From IMG/VR virus record IMGVR_UViG_3300046167_000122, positions 1 through 35,089 of that record: 35,089 nucleotides of DNA, one strand, 5' to 3'. The position numbers were made by a program, and so were the translations under genes. This DNA is from a virus (taxonomy: Duplodnaviria; Caudoviricetes). This document shows, piece by piece, positions 17,835 through 25,502 of the stretch; the stretch's first letter is position 1, and each line of letters opens with the position of its first letter. The notes beneath the pieces are model-generated. The model did not search any database. It was not told the DNA's origin and saw only the letters and a list, made by a program, of their open reading frames with translations.

Positions 17835-18026
17835 ATGGCTATTGATACATGGTATGTAGTACAGAAGTTTAACCGCAAGACATGGGAGTGGGAGGAGCGT
17901 GACAGTGATGGCTCTTCGTACAATTCCACGCTTGATAATGCAAAGTACTTTTGCGATAGTTATATCAAGGACGGCGAGGATTGCCGTGTAATCAGAGAGG
18001 AGGTAGTGTATGCACCTGAGACCTAG
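17835..18026 (+). CDS. Early hypothetical protein
   Basis: GGAGG RBS. Confidence 0.7.
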   Translation: MAIDTWYVVQKFNRKTWEWEERDSDGSSYNSTLDNAKYFCDSYIKDGEDCRVIREEVVYAPET

Positions 18027-18607
18027 TATCAGTAAGATGTCTGGGAAACTGTTGGGTATCGAGGCAATCAACACCAACACGACGACGAACGAGTTCTGTA
18101 TCAAGGAGTCGAGTAAGCCCGATGCCGACAAGATATGTACCAAGTGTTACAGTATGAGTATGCTTTCTAGTTATAGGAAGAACTGTGCAGCCATCATTCC
18201 AGAGGAATAGTGACATCCTCGCTAGTGATGCTGAGTTCATTCTGCCTCGTACCTCCGGTGCATTCGTGCGGTTTCATGGGCACGGAGAGCTGATAAATGA
18301 GCAGCACTTCCGTAATTTATGTGCGATAGCTGACGACAACAAGCACTCTACCTTTGCTCTCTGGACTAAGCGTGTGGGTATTGTGCGTAAGAATCTACAT
18401 CATGTACCTGATAATATGATTCTTGTTTATAGTAATCCTAAGATTGATAACGTGATGTCATCTCCACCTCGTGGGTTTGACCGTGTATTTAATAACGTAT
18501 CTCAGCAGTTCGACGGAGAAGCCAACTGCACTGGACAGAAGTGTATGGATTGTTTACTATGTTATAGCCGTGACACCACAAAGGTGATCGTTGAACATGT
18601 CAAGTAG
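18010..18607 (+). CDS. Gp88-like Cys-rich protein, with an apparent 1-nt insertion at about 18187
   Basis: C...CTKCY, VRFHGHGEL, ALWTKR and C..QKCMDCLLCY motifs split over two frames. Confidence 0.7.
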
Positions 18608-18615
18608 GAGGATGT

Positions 18616-18777
18616 ATGGGACGTGAATCGTGGGAGCAGTGGCATGACGATTGGTATGATCGTGATGAGTGTGTAGGTGATTACGCAGATGAGTATCACC
18701 AAGATGACATTGAAGCGTGGAAGGAGGAGAGAGATCGTGAAGTTGAAGTACCACATGACACACCAGCAGATAGCTGA
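18616..18777 (+). CDS. 53-aa highly acidic, Trp/Tyr-rich protein
   Basis: Manual ORF MGRESWEQWHDDWYDRDE...; AGGAGG RBS. Confidence 0.7.
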   Translation: MGRESWEQWHDDWYDRDECVGDYADEYHQDDIEAWKEERDREVEVPHDTPADS

Positions 18778-18928
18778 TGAACTAGGTATCAGTCGTCAGA
18801 TGGTACGTGTTATTGAGTACCAAGCGTTGCGTAAGTTGAGTAGGTCACCTATTCTTCAGGCTTATGCACAACACATAAATGATTACGTGGAGGAATATCA
18901 TGGGCAGAAACACTCGTCGGTATGTTAA
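18737..18928 (+). CDS. Stand-alone sigma70 region-4 HTH protein
   Basis: MTHQQIADELGISRQMVRVIEYQALRKL aligns with RpoD region 4.2 (TLEEVG...VTRERIRQIEAKALRKL); start codon uncertain. Confidence 0.8.
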   Translation: MKLKYHMTHQQIADELGISRQMVRVIEYQALRKLSRSPILQAYAQHINDYVEEYHGQKHSSVC

Positions 18929-19010
18929 GAATCACAAGCCGCGCAGTAAATCAAGAGGTAATAATACCTACGAACCTGTTAGCAAGAAACGTAAACGTGT
19001 GGTATACTAA
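18900..19010 (+). CDS. 36-aa basic micro-ORF
   Basis: GGAGG RBS; MGRNTRRYVKNHKPRSKSRG... Confidence 0.45.
   Translation: MGRNTRRYVKNHKPRSKSRGNNTYEPVSKKRKRVVY
18979..19008 (+). promoter_or_regulatory. Extended -10 promoter upstream of the replication genes
   Basis: TAGCAA-17-TATACT with GTGTGG before the -10. Confidence 0.6.
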
Positions 19011-19092
19011 TCTATATAGACTACATAGTAAGTACTTTGTATTACTATTAGTATTACTATTAATATTATTTACTTACTATGTATTACTATCT
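19011..19092. other. Candidate replication origin
   Basis: Very AT-rich; 13-bp inverted repeat 19022-19034/19071-19083; three GTATTACTAT copies. Confidence 0.55.
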
Positions 19093-19107
19093 AAATAGGA
19101 AATTATT

Positions 19108-19299
19108 ATGGAAGAAGCAAAACGTACTCGTATGATCGAAGAGTTAACAGAAGATGAGATGTATCATGTTAATTATATGGAGGCCATGAATATGTTGTTC
19201 AACATGATGGCTACTCAGTTTGAGATGATGGACGATGAAACACTAGAGTCTCGTTATCTTTCTCGTTTTAATACTAGTGGTAATACGGAGGTGCACTAA
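19108..19299 (+). CDS. Hypothetical protein
   Basis: AGGA RBS; coupled to primase by TAATG. Confidence 0.7.
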   Translation: MEEAKRTRMIEELTEDEMYHVNYMEAMNMLFNMMATQFEMMDDETLESRYLSRFNTSGNTEVH

Positions 19300-20885
19300 T
19301 GGGTTTTGTTAAACTGCATCAGAAGTGTGAGGACTGTGGTTCTAGTGATGCGTTGTCCTACAATGAGGATGGATCTAGTTATTGTTTCTCATGTGGTACA
19401 CACACACCCTCACCTAAGGCCATAGGAGGCTCTGTGAGAGACATTAGTGATTATCGTGAGCCTACCCCCAGCGCTAATAAAGTAGCCCTTAGAGGGGATT
19501 TTAAGGGCATCAGAGAGCGTGGTATAGATGCCACAACAATGGGAAAGTATTCAACTACTGTTCATGGTGATGATGTCCTGTTTGGTTATCACGATAGTGA
19601 AGGCACAGTGGTGGCGGTGAAGAAGCGTAGCCCCGACAAGAAGTTCAAGATAGAAGGTGACTGGAAAAAGGTAGGGTTGTTTGGACAGCACCTGTTCCCC
19701 ACGGGTGGGCAATACATAACTGTAGTGGAAGGAGAGTATGATGCGCTTTCTGCGTACCAAATGTTTGGAGGTAAGTATCCTGTTGTTTCTATTCGTAATG
19801 GTGCTCAGGGAGCTTCAGCAGATTGCCGACGTGCGTATGATTTTTTAGATAGGTTCGAGCACATTATCTTTTGCTTTGATAACGACGACCAAGGTAAGAA
19901 GGCAGCGCATGAATGTGCTGATATCTTTGGTGGTAAAGCAAAGATCTATCAACATGGTGAACGTAAAGATGCGAACGAGTATCTGCTTCACCAAGAGAAG
20001 GATGAGTTTGTAAAGCGGTGGTGGGCTGCCAAGGTCTACACCCCTGACGGAATGGTGATGATAGGGTCACTCCGTGAGGAGTTAAAGAAGCCATTGTTGG
20101 AGGCAGAGGTACGCTACCCATACAAGGGACTAGACGATATGACGTTTGGTGTCAGACCGACAGAGCTAGTGACTATCTGTTCTGGTTCTGGTCTAGGTAA
20201 GTCCACCTTCATGCGTGAACTAGTGTTCTCTATAGCGAGTCAGACCAATGAAAGGATAGGTCTAGCTTTTTTGGAGGAGACATCTAACCGTACTGCTCGT
20301 GGACTGGTCGGTCTACAGATCAACAAACCAATACACCTACCCGGCTGTGATTACTCCCCTGATGAGGTAGAGCATGTATTTGAGTCGCTTGATCTGGATG
20401 ACCGTGTTGTCCTATGGGATTCGTTTGGCTCCAACGCCATTGAGAATGTACTGGCTAGGTTTAGGTACCAAGTAAAAGTATTGGGCGTTAGATACATCAT
20501 CCTAGATCACATATCCATACTGGTATCGGATCAAGCTAATGGTGATGAACGTAAAGCCATCGACGAGATCATGACCAAGCTACGTATGTTCTGTCAGGAG
20601 ATGGAGATATGTATGTTTGTTGTTAGTCACCTTAAGAGACCAGAAGGAAAAGGACATGAGGATGGAGCAGTTACTAGCTTGGGGCAGCTTCGTGGTAGTG
20701 CTTCAATTGCTCAGCTTTCTGATATTGTTCTTGGATTAGAGCGTAACGCTCAAGCAGACGATGAGATGGTACGTAACACAACTAGGGTACGAGTACTCAA
20801 GAATAGGTTTAGTGGTATCACTGGACCTTCGTGTTCCCTGCTATATAATAAGAACACAGGAAGGCTGACGGAGATCATAGAGTGA
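19299..20885 (+). CDS. T7 gp4-like DNA primase-helicase
   Basis: Zn-binding CEDCGSSD...CFSC, TOPRIM (VEGEYDA, FDND), Walker A GSGLGKST, ILDH, LRGSASIAQLSD, KNR. Confidence 0.95.
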   Translation: MGFVKLHQKCEDCGSSDALSYNEDGSSYCFSCGTHTPSPKAIGGSVRDISDYREPTPSANKVALRGDFKGIRERGIDATTMGKYSTTVHGDDVLFGYHDSEGTVVAVKKRSPDKKFKIEGDWKKVGLFGQHLFPTGGQYITVVEGEYDALSAYQMFGGKYPVVSIRNGAQGASADCRRAYDFLDRFEHIIFCFDNDDQGKKAAHECADIFGGKAKIYQHGERKDANEYLLHQEKDEFVKRWWAAKVYTPDGMVMIGSLREELKKPLLEAEVRYPYKGLDDMTFGVRPTELVTICSGSGLGKSTFMRELVFSIASQTNERIGLAFLEETSNRTARGLVGLQINKPIHLPGCDYSPDEVEHVFESLDLDDRVVLWDSFGSNAIENVLARFRYQVKVLGVRYIILDHISILVSDQANGDERKAIDEIMTKLRMFCQEMEICMFVVSHLKRPEGKGHEDGAVTSLGQLRGSASIAQLSDIVLGLERNAQADDEMVRNTTRVRVLKNRFSGITGPSCSLLYNKNTGRLTEIIE

Positions 20886-21125
20886 GATGTAAAGCATGCA
20901 ACAAGATACTGAATGACTTTGAACTGACACGTAAGTTCAGCGGATCAGGAGAATTTGTTGACTTGTGCAGTGGTTGTGGTAAATACTTGGTGGAGGATGA
21001 GATTACCTATTGAAGGTAACTTAGACTATGCACACCTAGCAGACGTAGAGGAGTTATACGATGTCGAAGATGGGACAATGGATTATTACTCAGGAACAGA
21101 ATATGGAGAGGAGGACTTATGGTAG
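20882..21125 (+). CDS. Zinc-finger protein with acidic tail, with an apparent 1-nt insertion at about 21006
   Basis: Manual ORF (V/M)RCKACNKILNDFE...DLCSGC..., continuing IEGNLDY...GEEDLW after removing one C. Confidence 0.65.
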
Positions 21126-21270
21126 ACGACTCACAGAGCAAGAAGAGATGGACATTGCCTACTACGAATATAGTGTTCTTGGATATAGAAACGGATGGTC
21201 TCCAGCCGACGCTAATACACTGTGTCATAACCAAGAGACCAAACGAGGAGCACTTGATCCATACCTCTAG
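21061..21270 (+). CDS. Overlapping small hypothetical protein
   Basis: Strong GAGGAG RBS, but wholly overlapped by its neighbours. Confidence 0.4.
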   Translation: MSKMGQWIITQEQNMERRTYGRRLTEQEEMDIAYYEYSVLGYRNGWSPADANTLCHNQETKRGALDPYL

Positions 21271-22807
21271 CGAGTCACTGTGGGAGGAACTATCTAGGGG
21301 TGGCTGTGTATGCGGCCACAACTACATAGGATACGACGGACCTGCCCTGAAAAAGCTTTGGGGTGTAGAGGTACATACTGACCGTGTGCTAGATACTTTA
21401 GTAATGTCAAGACTTTTTCATCCTGATGTTACCGGAGGTCATAGCCTTGATCAGTGGGGTACACGACTTGGATGTGCCAAAGGAAGTCACGATGACTGGA
21501 CCAAGCTATCCCCTGAGATGATCAAGTATTGTATGCAGGACGTGACTGTTACTGAGAAGCTATATGCCAAACTGGCTGAACAACTACAAGCCTTTGGGTT
21601 TTCTGACACCAGTGTATGGCTTGAGCATTCAGTAGCACACATATGTCAAGACCAAGAAGTCAATGGGTTCATGTTCGATAAGATAGGAGGAGAACTACTA
21701 GCACGTAAGCTTGATACTAAGATGTCAGGTATCGAGGCTAAGTTGCAGACAGTGTTCCCACCTATACCAGAAGAGCAGAGGTATCATAAGACGACAGGTA
21801 AGCCGTTGCCTTTGAAGTACCAACACTTTAACGTAGGTTCACGACAGCAGATAGCTGAGAGACTGAAGCAGAAAGGTGCTGTATGGAAAGAGAAGACACC
21901 GTCAGGTAAAGACAAGGTGGACGAGTCTACTCTCAAGAAGAACCTACACATACCTGAAGCAAAGATGGTACTTGAGTTCTTGTTGTTACAGAAACGATAT
22001 GCTCAGGTTATATCATGGGTTAAGGCTGTAGAAGGAGGACGTATACATGGGAGGGTTAAGCACATTGGCGCTGTTACAGGACGTATGGCTCACTCTAGTC
22101 CGAACCTCGCTCAAGTCCCTGCTGTCACTGCAGAGTATGGTAGTGAATGTCGTAGCTTGTTCAGTGTACCTAACAACCGTGTTCTTGTTGGTGCTGATGC
22201 TAGTGGTCTTGAGCTTCGTATGCTTGCCCACTATATGGACGATGATGATTACACGAAAGAAATATTAGAAGGAGATATACACACAGCTAACCAACTAGCC
22301 GCTGGCTTAGACACTAGACCGCAAGCTAAGACATTCATCTACGCCTTCTTGTATGGCGCAGGCAATGCCAAGATAGGTGCGATAGTGGGCGGCTCAGCTA
22401 TGAAGGGTGGAGAACTTAAGGATAAGTTTCTAGAGAACACACCTGCATTGGCTGAACTAAGACAAAGGATAACGGCACAGGGTGAGGAGGGATTCCTTGA
22501 TGGTCTTGATGGTAGAAGACTACGAGTACGTTCTGCTCACGCTGCGTTAAATACACTACTGCAAGGAGCCGGAGCTGTCGTGATGAAGCAAGCAGTCATT
22601 CATCTGTATGAGCTACTCGACAACACCGACTTCAAGCTAGTAGCACAAGTCCACGATGAGTGGCAAATAGAGTGCCGTCCTGAAGATGCTGAATACGTAG
22701 GTAAGTCTGCTGTACAGGCAATCATTCAGGCTGGTGAAACCTTCAACCTTAACTGCCCACTAGATGGTGAGTACCGTATCGGTAGCAACTGGGCCGAAAC
22801 GCATTAG
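21119..22807 (+). CDS. polA: DNA polymerase family A with 3'-5' exonuclease (T7 gp5-like)
   Basis: DIETDG, GHNYIGYD, YCMQD, DASGLELR, RPQAKTFIYAFLYG, VHDE. Confidence 0.95.
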   Translation: MVDDSQSKKRWTLPTTNIVFLDIETDGLQPTLIHCVITKRPNEEHLIHTSSESLWEELSRGGCVCGHNYIGYDGPALKKLWGVEVHTDRVLDTLVMSRLFHPDVTGGHSLDQWGTRLGCAKGSHDDWTKLSPEMIKYCMQDVTVTEKLYAKLAEQLQAFGFSDTSVWLEHSVAHICQDQEVNGFMFDKIGGELLARKLDTKMSGIEAKLQTVFPPIPEEQRYHKTTGKPLPLKYQHFNVGSRQQIAERLKQKGAVWKEKTPSGKDKVDESTLKKNLHIPEAKMVLEFLLLQKRYAQVISWVKAVEGGRIHGRVKHIGAVTGRMAHSSPNLAQVPAVTAEYGSECRSLFSVPNNRVLVGADASGLELRMLAHYMDDDDYTKEILEGDIHTANQLAAGLDTRPQAKTFIYAFLYGAGNAKIGAIVGGSAMKGGELKDKFLENTPALAELRQRITAQGEEGFLDGLDGRRLRVRSAHAALNTLLQGAGAVVMKQAVIHLYELLDNTDFKLVAQVHDEWQIECRPEDAEYVGKSAVQAIIQAGETFNLNCPLDGEYRIGSNWAETH

Positions 22808-22833
22808 CACAATCTACATAAGTGTGGTATAAT
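22804..22833 (+). promoter_or_regulatory. Extended -10 promoter upstream of ssb
   Basis: TAGCAC-17-TATAAT with GTGTGG before the -10. Confidence 0.7.
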
Positions 22834-22845
22834 ATTAGTTGTTAA

Positions 22846-22861
22846 ATTAACTGGAGTTAAT
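22846..22861. repeat. 16-bp palindrome, copy 4, over the RBS of ORF 22865
   Basis: Exact sequence match. Confidence 0.9.
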
Positions 22862-22864
22862 TCT

Positions 22865-23305
22865 ATGAGCGAAGCAAACATCAACATCAAGTGTGAACTT
22901 TACTGGCCTAACCTGACTCGTAAGAATCAATTAGCTAACAAGTACACAGTTGACCTAGCCCTTCTATCTGACGAAGCTGTTACTGCTCTTGAAGATATGG
23001 GTTTGAAAGTTAACAACAAGGGTGACGAGCGGGGCTACTACATTACCTGTAAGTCAAACAACAAATATCGTGCGTTCCATCCCGATGGTAAAGAAGTACT
23101 TATCGCTGATCGTACGCCTCTTGACGAGGAAGATGATCCTCAGATGGGTGTTACGGTAGCTAATGGTTCTAAGGCTAAGTGTCTTGTTAGCTTTTACGAT
23201 TGGGAGTACATGAAGAAGAAGGGACGTTCACCTACTCTTCGACGCATGATCATCTCAGACTTGGTTGAGTACCAACCAGAAATGGATATGGATATAGCCT
23301 TGTGA
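22865..23305 (+). CDS. Probable single-stranded DNA-binding protein (gp2.5-like OB fold)
   Basis: LYWPNL...KYTVDL...VANGS...ISDLVEY with acidic tail; lies between polymerase and exonuclease. Confidence 0.7.
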   Translation: MSEANINIKCELYWPNLTRKNQLANKYTVDLALLSDEAVTALEDMGLKVNNKGDERGYYITCKSNNKYRAFHPDGKEVLIADRTPLDEEDDPQMGVTVANGSKAKCLVSFYDWEYMKKKGRSPTLRRMIISDLVEYQPEMDMDIAL

Positions 23306-23991
23306 TTCTAATTGACGGTGACATGCTGGTGTATCGCGTAGGCTTTGCCTGTGATGAGGAACCAGAGAGGATAGCTATTCAGACTATGAGTAACTATATC
23401 TCTGAGATTATCTCTGATCTGTCTGAGCATTACACGGAACATCAAGTGTACCTTACAGGGAGCAGTAACTTCAGAACAGAGGTTGCTGTTTCTCAACCCT
23501 ACAAAGGCAGCCGTCCCGTACGTAAACCCGTACATAAAGACTTACTCCGTGAGTACATGTTAGATACATGGAAAGCGGAACTCTCTGACAATATGGAAGC
23601 TGATGACTGCATAGCTATGAAGTCTACTGAGTTAGAGTACAAGTCTATTATCTGTTCTTTGGACAAAGACTTCTTACAGATTCCCACAAAGATATATGAC
23701 TACACCAAGAAGATCATGAAGGATATTGACGAACGCTCTGCAACAGAGTGGCTGTACCGTCAAGCTCTGATGGGTGATCGAGTAGACAATATACCGGGTA
23801 TACATGGAGTAGGACCAAAGAAAGCAGAGAAAGCACTGGCTGATTGGGAAACAGAGAGGGAGCTGTATGAGCGTTGTCTTAAGTTATACGAAGAAAACGA
23901 ACTCGATTCTGATAGACTGTATGAGAGCCTTCAGTTACTATATCTTCTCCGATCTACTGATGATCGGTATAGGATACCTGATGAAGTTTGA
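23302..23991 (+). CDS. 5'-3' exonuclease (T7 gp6-like)
   Basis: LIDGD, YKGSR, EADD, DKD, GDRVDNIPGIHGVGPK. Confidence 0.92.
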   Translation: MILIDGDMLVYRVGFACDEEPERIAIQTMSNYISEIISDLSEHYTEHQVYLTGSSNFRTEVAVSQPYKGSRPVRKPVHKDLLREYMLDTWKAELSDNMEADDCIAMKSTELEYKSIICSLDKDFLQIPTKIYDYTKKIMKDIDERSATEWLYRQALMGDRVDNIPGIHGVGPKKAEKALADWETERELYERCLKLYEENELDSDRLYESLQLLYLLRSTDDRYRIPDEV

Positions 23992-24356
23992 TAGCAATCT
24001 AGAAAAGAAACTCTATGCACAAATGAAGAGCTGTACTTATCATCCTTCAAAACGCATTGAGTACATCATCCCCAAGAAATACGAACCTGACTTCTGTTAT
24101 AATGTAAATGGTTGGATGACATACATAGAAGCCAAGGGGAGGTTCAGAACTAGAGAGGAAGCCCGTAAGTATGTAGAAGTACGTAAGGCTTTAGGTAAGT
24201 ATGAAGATCTTGTATTTGTATTTCAGAATCCTAACACACCCATGCCGGGATCGAGGACGACGTAAGGACGGTAGTCGTTATCGTATGAGGGACTGGGCAG
24301 AGAAGAATGGGTTTGATTGGTACACGCCAGCTACCCTACCAAAGGAGTGGCTATGA
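23981..24356 (+). CDS. T7 endonuclease I-like resolvase, with an apparent 1-nt insertion at about 24255
   Basis: YEPDF, IEAKGRF, FVFQNP; C-terminal RRKDGSRYRMRDWAEKNGFDW in the next frame. Confidence 0.85.
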
Positions 24357-25117
24357 CTAGACACTTAGTAATACCTGACACGCAAGTCAAACCTAATGGC
24401 AACATAGATCACCTGTACTGGGCTGGTCGCTATGCTGCTGCAACTAAACCTGACGTTATCATTCATCTGGGGGATCACTGGGACATGCCAAGTCTCAGTA
24501 GCTATGACGTTGGGAAGAAGTCGTTTGAAGGTAGGCGGTACACTAACGACATTGTTGCAGGTAACACGGCTATGGCTAACTTCATAGCGCCTATCGAAGC
24601 AGAGAAACAACGTCTTCAGCGTAACAAAAGAAAGACGTGGAATCCTCGCATGGTTTTTCTGATAGGTAATCATGAACAGCGCATCGAGCGAGCCATAGAA
24701 GCAGACGCTAAACTAGAAGGACTGATGAGCTATGATGACTTCACGTTGGAAGAGTTCGGGTGGGAAGTTGTACCTTTCTTACAACCTATCGTCATCGACG
24801 GTATCGCCTACTGTCACTACTTCACCAGCGGTGTCATGGGCAGACCAGTCACATGTGCAAAGCTACTGTTACAAAAGAAGTTCATGTCCTGTATCATGGG
24901 ACACGTACAAGACAGAGACATAGCGTACGCACGTAAAGCAGACGGCAGTAACATAACAGGTTTGTTTGCTGGTATATTTTATGAGCACGACGAGGAGTAC
25001 TTAAATCCTCAAACAAATGGTAGCTGGTCTGGGATATGGATGCTCAACGAGGTAAAAGACGGATCCTTTGACGAGCTACCAATTAGTATGAACTACCTCA
25101 AGAGAAAGTACGGATGA
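24353..25117 (+). CDS. Calcineurin-like metallophosphoesterase
   Basis: IPDTQ, HLGDHWD, GNHE, H, GHVQ motifs; ATG after AAGGAG. Confidence 0.9.
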   Translation: MTRHLVIPDTQVKPNGNIDHLYWAGRYAAATKPDVIIHLGDHWDMPSLSSYDVGKKSFEGRRYTNDIVAGNTAMANFIAPIEAEKQRLQRNKRKTWNPRMVFLIGNHEQRIERAIEADAKLEGLMSYDDFTLEEFGWEVVPFLQPIVIDGIAYCHYFTSGVMGRPVTCAKLLLQKKFMSCIMGHVQDRDIAYARKADGSNITGLFAGIFYEHDEEYLNPQTNGSWSGIWMLNEVKDGSFDELPISMNYLKRKYG

Positions 25118-25263
25118 CGTTCGACGAGTTGCTAAAGCACGTTGCCGAACATTACGATGAGGTAACAATCATGGAAGCATTAGAGATAACATCAGAAGAT
25201 CTAGTAGAAAGATTTGCTGATAAAATGCTAGAGAAAGTTTACAAGTTTAAGGAGATGGAGTGA
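25114..25263 (+). CDS. 49-aa hypothetical protein
   Basis: Manual ORF MTFDELL...DEVTIMEALEITSEDLVERFADK filling the gap, with coupled start and stop. Confidence 0.7.
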   Translation: MTFDELLKHVAEHYDEVTIMEALEITSEDLVERFADKMLEKVYKFKEME

Positions 25264-25502
25264 GTATTGACAATGCAACACCTAAACAATGGGACGACGC
25301 ACGTAAGAGACAAGTGGGCGGAAACCATTACGCACGTTATAACATTCAACCTATTGACTTTATTATTGACAACAACCTTGATTGGTGCGAGGCTAATGTA
25401 GTAAAATACATTACTCGATGGCGCGACAAAAACGGCGTTGAGGATCTACGTAAAGCCATGCATTACATTCAACTACTAGTAGATAGAGAGGTGCAATCTT
25501 AA
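25260..25502 (+). CDS. DUF3310 protein (T7 gp1.7-like nucleotide kinase family)
   Basis: QVGGNHY...IQPIDFI...NVVKYITR...KNGVEDLRKA. Confidence 0.85.
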   Translation: MSIDNATPKQWDDARKRQVGGNHYARYNIQPIDFIIDNNLDWCEANVVKYITRWRDKNGVEDLRKAMHYIQLLVDREVQS

